This document shows, piece after piece, positions 28,234-37,845 of a stretch of DNA of 64,000 bases. Within the stretch, counting starts at the first letter, position 1; the number at the start of each line of letters is the position of its first letter. Below the pieces are notes generated by a model. That model searched no databases. It saw nothing but the letters and a program-made list of their open reading frames with translations, and was not told where the DNA came from. The translations under genes were made by a program, and so were the position numbers. The stretch lies in the IMG/VR virus record IMGVR_UViG_3300031087_000494. One strand, 5' to 3'. The DNA comes from an uncultured virus (IMG/VR IMGVR_UViG_3300031087_000494). Its lineage: Duplodnaviria; Heunggongvirae; Uroviricota; Caudoviricetes.

Positions 28234-29901
28234 ATGGGTTCTCTGGATTCGGCGCCTCGCAACGGCACGGTCTTCGAGGCTCTCTTCGACGGGGACTGGC
28301 TTCGAGTCTACTGGTCGGAGCGTGCCGACGATGGTTCGCCCTACGGCACTGAGGGCTTCGTCCATGAGGAAGACGGCTACCACCTCGTAGAGGACGATCT
28401 CGAGGCCTGGCGTCGGATCCCGAAGCGCGAACTTCGCTATGGTGAAACCTCTCCACTCTCGGGCCACCGGCTCAAGCAGCCCATCATCGTCCTCGGACTG
28501 TCCTACGGAGACGAGGCCAAGGGCTCCACAGTCGACTACCTGAGCTGGGCCATTCCCGACGCGGCTGCCGTTGTGCGCTGGTCGGGTGGAGCCAACGCTG
28601 CCCACAATGTGCGCCACGGAGATCGTCACCACACCTTCCGGCAGTTCGGCTCCGGTACCTTCCTGGGGCTGCCCACCTTCCTCGATGAGCAAGTTGTGGT
28701 GAACCTCGAGGCGCTCATGGGGGAGGCAGTCGAGCTGGAGTCCAAGGGCATCCACGATCCCCTTTCGCTGATCACGGTCAATGGGAACGCTCGCATCACG
28801 ACGCCGATCCATGTGGCACTCAATCGAGCCCGAGAGATCCTCCGGGGCAATGCTCGCCACGGTTCGACGGGCCTGGGCATCGGTGAGACCATCGTACAGA
28901 GCTACGCCGATCAGCACAGCGTCGAGGAGGGAGAGTTCGTCGGCAACTTCGAGATCTCAGGCCCCACCTTCGGCGGAGAGGGTTTCCTCAGCGCCGGAAA
29001 GCTCCTAGGAGCAGCTGAGGCCAATCGACCTGCTCAGATCGAGGCAATCCTTGAGCATCAGGCGGCCTACGCGCAGGAACTCATTGACGCTGCCAAGAAC
29101 TTCATGCCCTCCCTGGAGAGCGAGCTCAACTACGGCTCAATTCCCGAGATCGCGGAAGAGCTCCTTAGCATCGCCAGCAGCATTGAGATCCTCAAGGACG
29201 CTGAGTTCAACGCCAAGCTCCTTCGCACAATGGAGCTCGGCACGGTGATCTTCGAGGGAAGCCAGGGACTCCTCCTCGACGAGAGCTGGGGCTTCCACCC
29301 TCACACCACCTGGTCTCAGATTGTACCCTCGGGGGTTCTCGAGTGGCTCTACGAGGAAGGCCACACTCCCTATGTGCTGGGCCTCCTGCGGAGCTACACG
29401 ACTCGCCACGGGGCTGGACCCTTCCCCTCCCACGAAGTTGCCCCTCTCGCCGAGGATGATCTGCCCGCAGACGATAACAGCTGGGGACGCTGGCAGGGAG
29501 ACTTCAGGACCTCAAGCCTGGATCTCCCACTCCTGGGCTACGCTCGAACGGTCCTGGATCGCAGCGGCATTCAGCTCGACGGCTTTTCGGTGTCCCATCT
29601 CGATGTGTTCTCCCTCCAGTCGACCGGAGAAATCCTCTCGATCTGGAGCTACGGTGGAGATCTGAACCCCGCTGAGAAGTGGGAATTCAAGATGGAGCTC
29701 GACGGCCCATTCCCGACCCTGAACAGCGATCTTTTCCTCGAGGAAGAGGTCCTCGGAAAGCCCACGCTGTTCATGTACCTCGACGAGGAAACTCTCCTCG
29801 AGGAAGTGGCTAAAAGGCTCTACACGAAGCCGGTGCTCCTCGCTCGAGGCCCCAGGCGCACAGACCGGGAGCTCATTGAGGCTTCCGAGAACGGAAACTG
29901 A
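28234..29901 (+). CDS. Adenylosuccinate synthetase-like protein with N-terminal extension
   Basis: GLSYGDEAKG, R.SGGANAAHNV, HGSTGLGIG, FEGSQGLLLD, TTRHGAGPFP. Confidence 0.85.
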   Translation: MGSLDSAPRNGTVFEALFDGDWLRVYWSERADDGSPYGTEGFVHEEDGYHLVEDDLEAWRRIPKRELRYGETSPLSGHRLKQPIIVLGLSYGDEAKGSTVDYLSWAIPDAAAVVRWSGGANAAHNVRHGDRHHTFRQFGSGTFLGLPTFLDEQVVVNLEALMGEAVELESKGIHDPLSLITVNGNARITTPIHVALNRAREILRGNARHGSTGLGIGETIVQSYADQHSVEEGEFVGNFEISGPTFGGEGFLSAGKLLGAAEANRPAQIEAILEHQAAYAQELIDAAKNFMPSLESELNYGSIPEIAEELLSIASSIEILKDAEFNAKLLRTMELGTVIFEGSQGLLLDESWGFHPHTTWSQIVPSGVLEWLYEEGHTPYVLGLLRSYTTRHGAGPFPSHEVAPLAEDDLPADDNSWGRWQGDFRTSSLDLPLLGYARTVLDRSGIQLDGFSVSHLDVFSLQSTGEILSIWSYGGDLNPAEKWEFKMELDGPFPTLNSDLFLEEEVLGKPTLFMYLDEETLLEEVAKRLYTKPVLLARGPRRTDRELIEASENGN

Positions 29902-29906
29902 GAACC

Positions 29907-30737
29907 ATGGAGTTCAAGGATCAGAGCGAGCTCTACTTCCAGAGGATGGACTCGGCCGTCGATCAGAAGGCTGAGCTTCTCCGCTGGGTCACTGGCCCGG
30001 CGGTCGCGGAGCTCGGCCCCGGATCAGGTTCGCTCACTGAGCTCATCGCTGCCAGGCCGGAGATCGAGACAGTCCTCGCGCTGGATGCGTCTGCAGACGC
30101 TGTGGCCAAGCTCTCGGAGCGCTTCGAGAGCAATCCCAGCGTGGACTTCGCCACCACGGTGCTCGGAGAGCATCCAGCACCCTTCGGCGGTCGCCGCTTC
30201 GACTCCATCGTGGCGAGCTCGGTGTACCATGAGGTCTACTCCTTCCTGGGAAAGGCTGCCCTGGAGCTCATCGAGTCGCAGGTCTACGAAGCCCTCGCCC
30301 CCGGCGGTCGCTTCATCCTCCGCGACGGCGTTCAGTCGGACGGCCATGATCTTCCTGCTCGCATGGTGATCTCCGACCGGCTTCTCGAGCTCGCCCAGCG
30401 CTACTGTGCGGAGGGCCGCGAAGATCTTCGGCCCACCATCGAGGGCAATGTGGTCACGGGCACTCGTCACCAGGTGGCCGAGCTCGCCTTCACCATCACC
30501 TGGGGTGGACTGTCCTTCGACAGAGAGGTTGAGGAGCAGTACCAGCTCTATGAGCTCCAGGAAGCCACTCGCTTCTACGAGGGCTTTGGCCTCGAGCTCA
30601 TCCACGCGGAGACCTACACTCAGGAGGGCTACATCGACCACCTCGCCGATAGCCCCATGGAGACGGTGGACGGGCAGGGCAACTGGGAGCCCTGGTTCCC
30701 CGCCACCAACGCCCTCTGGGTCTTCGAGAAGCACTGA
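29907..30737 (+). CDS. Class I SAM-dependent methyltransferase
   Basis: ELGPGSG, ALDAS, FDSIVASSVYHEVYS, LAPGGRFILRDG. Confidence 0.85.
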   Translation: MEFKDQSELYFQRMDSAVDQKAELLRWVTGPAVAELGPGSGSLTELIAARPEIETVLALDASADAVAKLSERFESNPSVDFATTVLGEHPAPFGGRRFDSIVASSVYHEVYSFLGKAALELIESQVYEALAPGGRFILRDGVQSDGHDLPARMVISDRLLELAQRYCAEGREDLRPTIEGNVVTGTRHQVAELAFTITWGGLSFDREVEEQYQLYELQEATRFYEGFGLELIHAETYTQEGYIDHLADSPMETVDGQGNWEPWFPATNALWVFEKH

Positions 30738-30814
30738 GGCCGTCTCGCTGATCTAGACTCGGTATGGTAAAAACTCCAACCACTTTCCACAGCCACAGAC
30801 AGAGGTGAGCACAG

Positions 30815-31222
30815 ATGACTGAGAGCAACAGCCGATCCTTCGAGGGCATCCTGCGAGGACTGGAGGACAAGCGCACCACGCTCACTGAGAAGCGCAGGAG
30901 CTACACCAAGAACCTGGTGACTCAGACCAACGAGGAGTCCAAGTCGGGAATGCCCTATGTGGTGGATGTGGCGGGCATGATCGCCAAGGCCAACGGCGCT
31001 GAGCTCTTCCTCGATGGGCTCCTCAACAGCCTTCGATCCGACAGCCGAACCCTGGGCGAGGGCGGCGCGGTGAAGCGCGCCCTGGGCTCGGTCATGGAGC
31101 AGGTCAAGCATCTGGAGGCAGGCGACCGTAGCGGCTATGTGGCCGCAAGTGAGCTCCACGAGATCGGCCGCTTCCTCATCGAGTGGATCAGCTCCGTGGA
31201 GCTCCGGAGCGCTGAGGCCTGA
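30815..31222 (+). CDS. Hypothetical protein
   Basis: GAGGTG RBS, codon bias. Confidence 0.7.
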   Translation: MTESNSRSFEGILRGLEDKRTTLTEKRRSYTKNLVTQTNEESKSGMPYVVDVAGMIAKANGAELFLDGLLNSLRSDSRTLGEGGAVKRALGSVMEQVKHLEAGDRSGYVAASELHEIGRFLIEWISSVELRSAEA

Positions 31223-31629
31223 TGAACCCCCTGTCGAGCAGTGACCCCTTCGGCATCGACCGCTACCTCCATCCGGTCACTCCCTCCGGATCGAAGCGGC
31301 CCTCTTCCGACTTTTCGAAAGAGCCAGGGGTTTCCAGCCAGGAAGTCAGCGAGACAGCGCGCAGGGTGGCCAGGGACTACCTACGGCAGATCGCTGTCGC
31401 TCAGGGTGCTTGCTTCCCCACTGAGGTTCACAGGAGTGGAGTTCATATCTGTGGCATTCACCACGGGCCCTGGGATGAGGAAAGCACTTCGACCTGCCCC
31501 GATCAGCGCAGGATCGCCCGGGGCATTGAGGCTTCCGTGACCGCTGAGCTGAGAGCAACCTTCGAGGGCCGAAAGCCCCAGGCTAGTCCACCGAAGGCTC
31601 TGGTGGATCTCTGGAATGACTTCGACTGA
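31222..31629 (+). CDS. Hypothetical protein (Cys/His cluster)
   Basis: TGATG overlap with upstream gene. Confidence 0.6.
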   Translation: MNPLSSSDPFGIDRYLHPVTPSGSKRPSSDFSKEPGVSSQEVSETARRVARDYLRQIAVAQGACFPTEVHRSGVHICGIHHGPWDEESTSTCPDQRRIARGIEASVTAELRATFEGRKPQASPPKALVDLWNDFD

Positions 31630-31687
31630 GCTGGGATATTAGCGTACAGCACTGATAGCATCTGCGGAAGGAACAGGGACTCGACAG

Positions 31688-32017
31688 ATGAGCCGTAGGA
31701 AGAAGACAAAGCGTGAGCAGAAGCCCAACAGTCCCAGGGGCACCAAGGGCACCGTAGTCCTCGAGTTCTTCGACGAGCGCAACGGAGAAGATCAGTTCAC
31801 CCTGGAGCTCACCGAAGAGGACTTCGCTCGCTACGAGGAGATCGCCCGAGAGCGCGGCGTGGCCATCGAGGAGCTCATGGTCGAGGTGGCTGAGCGTGAG
31901 ATCGAGGAGCGCAACACTCAGTGGGTGCTTCCAGCCGTAGACAGCTTCGGTAGGCTTGACCTCGCCAATGGCACCCCCATGGACCTCTCCAACATCGCCA
32001 ACCAGAAGGGAGCCTGA
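31688..32017 (+). CDS. Hypothetical protein, possible ribbon-helix-helix
   Basis: FTLELTEEDFARYEEIARERGVAIEELM. Confidence 0.6.
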   Translation: MSRRKKTKREQKPNSPRGTKGTVVLEFFDERNGEDQFTLELTEEDFARYEEIARERGVAIEELMVEVAEREIEERNTQWVLPAVDSFGRLDLANGTPMDLSNIANQKGA

Positions 32018-32018
32018 C

Positions 32019-32483
32019 ATGAGGCGCATCGAGTTTCCCGTGACGGGCAATCTGAGGCCCGGAGATGTGCTCCGAACGGTCTACCTCGACAAGGATACCT
32101 GTAGCGTTCGAGACACCGAGGCCGCCGAAGGTCGCAATCTCTTTGAGATCGCTCTGGATGACTATGAGCCGGGCTGCACGCAGGAGCTCTGGGATCTCAC
32201 TGGTGCTGGAGCCTTCGTGCACCGGGACTGGCGGGACAAGCTCGTACTCCCCAATCTCCTCATCAGCCAGGAGACGGAGGTCAGCCCCCGAAAGTTCGTC
32301 CTCGCCAGCCAGGACGGCATGAAGATCGACACCATCGATGATGGGCGGCAGCAGATCATCTTCGAGAAAATCCTGAGGAGCTCCCAGTACATACCCATGA
32401 GCATGGACGACTACAGGGCCTGGGTCGAACAGTACAAGCACTGGCACAGCCGCAAGAGGCGCTTCGAACAAGAGAGTGAGTGA
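32019..32483 (+). CDS. Hypothetical protein
   Basis: GGGAG RBS. Confidence 0.65.
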   Translation: MRRIEFPVTGNLRPGDVLRTVYLDKDTCSVRDTEAAEGRNLFEIALDDYEPGCTQELWDLTGAGAFVHRDWRDKLVLPNLLISQETEVSPRKFVLASQDGMKIDTIDDGRQQIIFEKILRSSQYIPMSMDDYRAWVEQYKHWHSRKRRFEQESE

Positions 32484-32489
32484 AAGACC

Positions 32490-32708
32490 ATGGGTGAACC
32501 CAAGAAGGAATACGGCATCGGCCTACAGGCTGCCAATGTGCAGCTTCATCCTCCGGTGCGCCCCGCAGGCTCGACCATTGCGCCTCCTCCGACTGCCGGA
32601 GTTCACTCGGGGGTGAGTCGCTCTGAGCTCATCCGCCGGCTCCTCGGAGCGGAGGCGCTGATTCTGCAGCTCGAGGCGCAGATCGAGCGCGACCGGCCGC
32701 CTTTCTGA
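32490..32708 (+). CDS. Small hypothetical protein
   Basis: Operonic position. Confidence 0.5.
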   Translation: MGEPKKEYGIGLQAANVQLHPPVRPAGSTIAPPPTAGVHSGVSRSELIRRLLGAEALILQLEAQIERDRPPF

Positions 32709-32824
32709 CCCTCCCAGAGACAGTAGGAAGGCCTCTCGGACGGCACTACGGTCAGAATGTCGGCATGATCGACTATGAAGTATCCACGCCTTAGCTGGCA
32801 GCCTAGCAAAGAACGGAAAGCACC

Positions 32825-33073
32825 ATGATCCAAGTCAGCGACGAGAAGAGGCCACGCACCGTGTCCGTGACGCTCTTCAAGGAGTCCGGAAAGTACTACA
32901 CGAGCGAATCCTGGCGGGCCCCTGAGCCCACGCCCAGTGGCTACCTGGCTCCAGAGGACATGGTGAAGAGCCCCGACTTCCACCGCATCGGTGGAGGAAG
33001 CGTTCTCGTGGAGTCGGATGCTCTCGACGAGTTCCCCGGAGACGAGAACTGGGGATTTCCGAGGCTTATCTAG
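32825..33073 (+). CDS. Small hypothetical phage protein (FKESGKYY motif)
   Basis: GGAAAG RBS, codon bias. Confidence 0.7.
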   Translation: MIQVSDEKRPRTVSVTLFKESGKYYTSESWRAPEPTPSGYLAPEDMVKSPDFHRIGGGSVLVESDALDEFPGDENWGFPRLI

Positions 33074-33170
33074 CCCAGCAGTAAGACCCCAGGAAAGCCC
33101 CGGAGCCGATAGTCTCGATGCACCGGGGCTTTCCCATGCCCACGAAAGACCTAGATAGGAAACCAACGCC

Positions 33171-33662
33171 ATGTCGTTCAGGAAAGAGATTCAGCCCAAG
33201 GATGGCTTCCTCGACAAGGGGCCACAGTTCTTCCGGGAGCGCTTCAAGCGCACCGAAGATGAGGGCCTCAAGGAGCGCCTCGCAACAGCCGCAGACCCCT
33301 ACGCTCAGGTCCCCTCGGGTAAGGAGCGCCGGCAGAAGCGCGAGCGCAACTACACCGTGGACCCCAACAGCATCGAGGAGCAGGAGGACTTCCCTCGCGC
33401 TCGAGCCCATCAGGTAAGCAGCCGGGGCCCACTGGTCGAGGCCTACACTGTCCTCAGCGAGACCGGCTCAGTGCGCTTTGGATCGCAGCGCGAGGACGGA
33501 AGCTGGGAGGCATCTCCCATCGAGGTCGAGCCCGCACCCAAGAACACCGGATCGGCCTTCGGAGCTGCGGCGGCGAAGCAGCAGAAGCGTGAGATCTCCA
33601 CGGCTGAGTTCGCAGCGAGCCTCCTCTTTCCGGTTGCAGGCCTCTCGGTGGACTCCGAGTAG
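33171..33662 (+). CDS. Hypothetical protein
   Basis: AGGA RBS, codon bias. Confidence 0.7.
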   Translation: MSFRKEIQPKDGFLDKGPQFFRERFKRTEDEGLKERLATAADPYAQVPSGKERRQKRERNYTVDPNSIEEQEDFPRARAHQVSSRGPLVEAYTVLSETGSVRFGSQREDGSWEASPIEVEPAPKNTGSAFGAAAAKQQKREISTAEFAASLLFPVAGLSVDSE

Positions 33663-33750
33663 CAAACTCTCAGCAAGTTCCAACAGCTGGTGGATATGAG
33701 TTCCATCGCGTTCGGTACTGTAGCGCAAACAGCCGTCGGAAGGGAAAACT

Positions 33751-35682
33751 GTGGCTAAGAAGGACAAGAAGGACAAGAGCAAGAAGCTCAAGGATGAGGC
33801 AGTCGTCGAGACTCCCAGCACCGATGCTGAGGTCGACGAGACCTCCACTGTAGAGGTCGAGGCTGCTGAGCCCGTGGCCGCAGAGGTCGAGATCATCGCC
33901 GAGAGCGACACCAAGGGCGGCAGCGGTGAGACTCCCGCTGAGATCCTGAACGCTGAGAAGCCCAAGGCCAAGCGGGCAGCCAAGAAGATCGAGATCAAGG
34001 ATGCTTCGCTGAAGTTCGTTGCTGACTTCCCGGTCGAGGACATCATCCCCCGGGAGCTCGAGACTCGATTCCGCGGTAAGGAGACCGAGAAGGTCCTCTC
34101 CGAGGCAATCCAGAAGTTCGGCTGGGTTCAGCCCATCACCCTGGACGCTGAGCACAGGATCGTGGACGGCCAGTACCGCTACGAGCTCGCCAAGAAGTGG
34201 AAGCTCGAGACCGTTCCCGTGACGATCTCCGATGGTGTCTCTGCCGCAGAGGGCACCACCGACCTCTTCCACATGCTCTCGGGTCGCATCATCGAGTGGG
34301 ACAAGTGGAACTTCCCCGCCACCAACAGCGTGCTCAAGGAGCTCGACGGAGGCCTCGGCACCGAAAAGATCCTGGGCTTCGAGACCACCTCCGAGCGTGG
34401 ACCCCTCCGGGATCTTGCTCGTGAGATCGGCTGGTTCGTGGAGATCATCCCCAAGAGCCTCTCGGGTAGCACTGTCACCCTGGAGACCCTGGCCGTGCTC
34501 CTCAAGAAGCAGCTCGCTGGCAAGTACCACTACGACCCCGCACAGCTCCTCTACATCGAGGCTCTCCGGGAGCAGCTCGAGGCTACCCGCAGGGAGATGG
34601 TGGCCAACGGTGAGACTGCCGGTGGCGTCCAGCCCAAGCTGGAGCAGCACCTCAATGAGGAAGAGCGCAAGCTCGTCGAGGGTGAGGCCATCGCCGAGGC
34701 CAACGGCTACGAGATGGAGGACTCCGAGGACGGTAAGACCAAGACCTTCACCGCCGACGCTGAGCTCACCTATGTGGTCAACAAGGTAGCGAAGGCCGAG
34801 GAGGCAGCCAAGGTTCAGGTCAAGAGTGCTGCAGACATGGCCACGCGCTTCCGACCCATGGCTGACGACAAGAAGCTCGGCCTCGGTCAGTTCCGCATCC
34901 TGGCTTCCTACTTCACCGACCTCACGGACGAGGAGGCCAAGAACTTCTTCAACAGCACCTCGCCCGAGAAGTACAACGCCTTCGTGGACTCCGTCCTCGC
35001 GGAGAACAGGACCGTGAGCCCCAACCGCAGCAAGAACTTCCCCCTCACGGAGGCTGAGTTCAACGCCGAGCAGAAGAGGCTCAAGGAAGAGGACGCTCGC
35101 AAGACCAAGGAGAAGGACGCCAAGGATCAGCCCAAGGGCCTCGCATCCCTGCTGGTCGACGAGCTCAAGGCCCTGCTCAAGGGCGAGGGCCTCTCCACCG
35201 CCGGCAAGAAGAGCGAGCTCGTCGCTCGACTCGAGGAGGCCGGCTTCGGTCCCGACGGCACCAAGGGTGACGCTCCAGTGAGCGAGGCCGAAGAGGCAGA
35301 GGCAACCGCCGATGTGGCCGAGGTCGTCGAGGTGGACGAGGAGGAGCTCACCGAGGACTTCGATGACGCTCCCATGATCTTCGCAGCTGACAGCACTGAG
35401 GAAACCTCCAGCGAAGAGGTCGAGGATGTGCGGGATGCCGACGAGGAGTCCGAGGCAGCCGAAGAGCTCGAGGCCGAAGAGGATGCCGAGGAAGAGGCAG
35501 AGGCTGAGGAGCTCGAGGAAGAGGTCAAGGAAGCCTCGGCTTCCGATTCCGCTCCCAACCTCAAGGCCCTGAAGAAGAGGGGCAAGGAGCTCAAGACCCT
35601 CTCCGAGGAGCGCGAGCTCACCAAGGCTGAGGCTAAGGAGCTCAAGGCCATCAAGAAGCAGCTCAAGGCAGCCAAGGGCTGA
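33751..35682 (+). CDS. ParB-N domain + SAP domain + acidic tract protein
   Basis: AIQKFGWVQPITLD..IVDGQYRY (ParB-N); LLVDELKALLKGEGLSTAGKKSELVARL (SAP). Confidence 0.8.
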   Translation: MAKKDKKDKSKKLKDEAVVETPSTDAEVDETSTVEVEAAEPVAAEVEIIAESDTKGGSGETPAEILNAEKPKAKRAAKKIEIKDASLKFVADFPVEDIIPRELETRFRGKETEKVLSEAIQKFGWVQPITLDAEHRIVDGQYRYELAKKWKLETVPVTISDGVSAAEGTTDLFHMLSGRIIEWDKWNFPATNSVLKELDGGLGTEKILGFETTSERGPLRDLAREIGWFVEIIPKSLSGSTVTLETLAVLLKKQLAGKYHYDPAQLLYIEALREQLEATRREMVANGETAGGVQPKLEQHLNEEERKLVEGEAIAEANGYEMEDSEDGKTKTFTADAELTYVVNKVAKAEEAAKVQVKSAADMATRFRPMADDKKLGLGQFRILASYFTDLTDEEAKNFFNSTSPEKYNAFVDSVLAENRTVSPNRSKNFPLTEAEFNAEQKRLKEEDARKTKEKDAKDQPKGLASLLVDELKALLKGEGLSTAGKKSELVARLEEAGFGPDGTKGDAPVSEAEEAEATADVAEVVEVDEEELTEDFDDAPMIFAADSTEETSSEEVEDVRDADEESEAAEELEAEEDAEEEAEAEELEEEVKEASASDSAPNLKALKKRGKELKTLSEERELTKAEAKELKAIKKQLKAAKG

Positions 35683-35698
35683 TCCTGAGCTTTCGCTC

Positions 35699-35741
35699 GA
35701 GGGCGGAAAGGCGGGCTGCGGCTTGTCTTTCCGCCCTCTTT
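35699..35741 (+). terminator. Terminator hairpin
   Basis: GAGGGCGGAAAGGCGGGC/GCTTGTCTTTCCGCCCTC-TTT. Confidence 0.7.
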
Positions 35742-35808
35742 CGTTGTGGATAGCCACAGATCCATGTAGGATGATGTCCACAGGACTGTCGAAGCAGGAG
35801 AAGAGAAG

Positions 35809-36141
35809 ATGAGCGGGATCGAACTCACCACCGGAGTCATGGTGCTCCCCGAAGGCATGGAGCTCGATCACGATGAGCTTCATCACTTCGCACTTCGAGT
35901 CGAGTGGCGCGGCGTGCGCGGAGATACCGGCCGAGGTGGCTACCGCATCACCGACGGCTTCGACGAGCTCTCCCGGGCGGGTAAGTGGGGCAGCCCTCAG
36001 CGCTTCCAGCAGCACCAGTACCGCTGGGAAACCCTGGAGGAAGCCCTGGAGATGGCTCGCAAGCATGTGGAGCTCGTCCAGCTTCGAGGCAAGACCTGGG
36101 CTCAGTGGCAGCAGGTCTTCGCGGCCAACGAGAGTAGCTGA
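35809..36141 (+). CDS. Hypothetical protein
   Basis: AGGAG RBS. Confidence 0.7.
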   Translation: MSGIELTTGVMVLPEGMELDHDELHHFALRVEWRGVRGDTGRGGYRITDGFDELSRAGKWGSPQRFQQHQYRWETLEEALEMARKHVELVQLRGKTWAQWQQVFAANESS

Positions 36142-36151
36142 TAGGGCACCC

Positions 36152-36907
36152 ATGAACAGCGACAACGACCTGAAGACCGAGGCACTCCTCCGCCGATCCC
36201 GGCGTATCTCCGTGCTCACCGGTGCGGGAGTGTCCACAGAGGCAGGCATCCCTGACTTCAAGTCCACCGATGAGGCCTGGCCCTATGACGAGCCCCGGGA
36301 AGCGCTCCTCTCTGCGCCCTACTGGAGAAAGGATCCTCGATCCTTCTGGGAAGTCTACCGGAGCACTCTGCGAGCAACTGAGCTCCAGGGTGAGCTCGAA
36401 CCGACCCGCTTCCATCGCTGGCTCGTGGATCTCGAGCACCGGGAGGAGACCACCTTCCTCGAGATCCTCACGCAGAATGTGGACGGGCTCCACACGAAGG
36501 CGGGGAGCTCGAAGGTCACAGAAGCCCACGGCAACAGCTCCCGAGCCATCTGCATCGAGTGCCGCAACACCTTCCCGATGGCCGATCTTCGGGGCGATGT
36601 GCTACCCACCTGTCCGGTCTGTGGCTTTCCTCCCCTGAAGCCGGACATCAGCCTCTTCTTCGAGGGCGTTCACGGTGTTGGGGAGTTCCGTACCTCTCTG
36701 GACTGGAGCGATCTGCTCATCGTGGCGGGCACTGGACTGCAGGTCGGACCCGTCAATGAGCTTCCCTTCTACGCTCAGCGCTATATGGTCCCCACCCTGT
36801 GGATCAGCAATGAGGAGCCTCCGGAGGGCTACAGCTTCACTCACCGGTGGATCGGCGACCTGGGAGAGTTCACGGAGCGCTTCCCGGTAGCAAGTTTCAG
36901 CAGTTGA
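36152..36907 (+). CDS. Sir2/CobB-family NAD-dependent deacylase
   Basis: TGAGVSTEAGIPDF, TQNVDGLH, HG, CxxC..CxxC, GTGLQV.P. Confidence 0.9.
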   Translation: MNSDNDLKTEALLRRSRRISVLTGAGVSTEAGIPDFKSTDEAWPYDEPREALLSAPYWRKDPRSFWEVYRSTLRATELQGELEPTRFHRWLVDLEHREETTFLEILTQNVDGLHTKAGSSKVTEAHGNSSRAICIECRNTFPMADLRGDVLPTCPVCGFPPLKPDISLFFEGVHGVGEFRTSLDWSDLLIVAGTGLQVGPVNELPFYAQRYMVPTLWISNEEPPEGYSFTHRWIGDLGEFTERFPVASFSS

Positions 36908-36932
36908 CAGATGAGCATTGAGTCGATAGAGT
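36904..36932 (+). promoter_or_regulatory. SigA-type promoter
   Basis: TTGACA-17nt-TAGAGT. Confidence 0.75.
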
Positions 36933-36938
36933 GATGCC

Positions 36939-37046
36939 ATACCCTCGAAGTGACGCGGACTGCCGCCGAATGAGAGGGAGTATTCTATTCGAGTCGTACG
37001 AGCAATTTGCTGAAGAGGGTGGACTTCCGGGTCCGCCCTCTTCTGT
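36939..37046 (+). ncRNA. Candidate ~110-nt small RNA
   Basis: Own promoter, 5' stem ATACCCTC/GAGGGAGTAT, 3' terminator hairpin 37012-37043, no RBS-led ORF. Confidence 0.45.
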
Positions 37047-37083
37047 GTTGCGAGGAGCTCTCTTCCCGTGTATAGTCGACCCC

Positions 37084-37581
37084 ATGGCTTTCATCCCACA
37101 GTCGCCCCAGGGCGCTCACCTCATCGTCTTCTCCGGCATCTCCGGGAGCGGCAAGACCCACGCAGCCCTTGAGCACCAGGCTGAGCTCCGCGCCAAGGGC
37201 TACCAGGTCCTCAAGGTCAACCGGGACGACATCCGGACCGATCTCTTCGGCGAGTCCTACCACACAGTGACTCCCATCCAGGAGCTCGAGCGCGATGTGA
37301 CCAGCCTCCAGCGGAAGCTCATCTACCACGGGCTCAAGCGAGGCTGGACGGTGATCTCGGACGACACCAACCTCCACCCGGCGGGTATCAAGGACCTCCG
37401 GCGCATCGCCGAGGAGAACGAGGCTCGCTTCGACGAGATCCCGGTGATCGTGCCTCTGGAGCTCGCCCTGGAGCGCAACCGTCAGCGTGCGGCTGCCGGC
37501 GGTCGCTTCGTGCCCGAGGAGGTCATCGCCTCCATGTTCGAGAAGCAGCAGAACAGGCTGCGGAGCCAGGGGAAGATCTGA
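37084..37581 (+). CDS. AAA_33 / polynucleotide-kinase-like P-loop kinase (leaderless)
   Basis: GISGSGKT, NRDDIR, DDTNL, ALERN..R..VPEEVI. Confidence 0.85.
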   Translation: MAFIPQSPQGAHLIVFSGISGSGKTHAALEHQAELRAKGYQVLKVNRDDIRTDLFGESYHTVTPIQELERDVTSLQRKLIYHGLKRGWTVISDDTNLHPAGIKDLRRIAEENEARFDEIPVIVPLELALERNRQRAAAGGRFVPEEVIASMFEKQQNRLRSQGKI

Positions 37582-37793
37582 TGGACGACAACCTCGACGA
37601 CCAGATGACCGACGGTTTCCTCGTCGCTGACAAGATGCACACAGACGGCGAACTCAAGCGCCTGGGCTTCTACGATCTCCAGAGCACTCACCGGGAGGCT
37701 GTGGACTGGATCAACTCCGAGATCCACCCGGCCTATCGCTGGTGCTACGAGGTCCGAGAGATCCGCGATGGCGTGCTCCTCCCGAAGGAGTAG
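37581..37793 (+). CDS. Small hypothetical protein
   Basis: TGATG overlap with upstream gene. Confidence 0.65.
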   Translation: MDDNLDDQMTDGFLVADKMHTDGELKRLGFYDLQSTHREAVDWINSEIHPAYRWCYEVREIRDGVLLPKE

Positions 37794-37845
37794 CCCCTAC
37801 ATTAGCCTGTTGCGCGGAAGGTCTGGTTGGTGTACAGTTCTATCC

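Noticed and set aside
28234..29901. PurZ (2-aminoadenine Z-genome) assignment
   Set aside because: The catalytic-site motif is GDEAKG with the PurA-type Asp retained, whereas PurZ has Ser there. No dATPase/MazZ partner was recognised in the window.
33670..36267. 865-aa minus-strand ORF and many other long antisense ORFs
   Set aside because: Shadow frames of strongly codon-biased plus-strand genes; no RBS or motifs.
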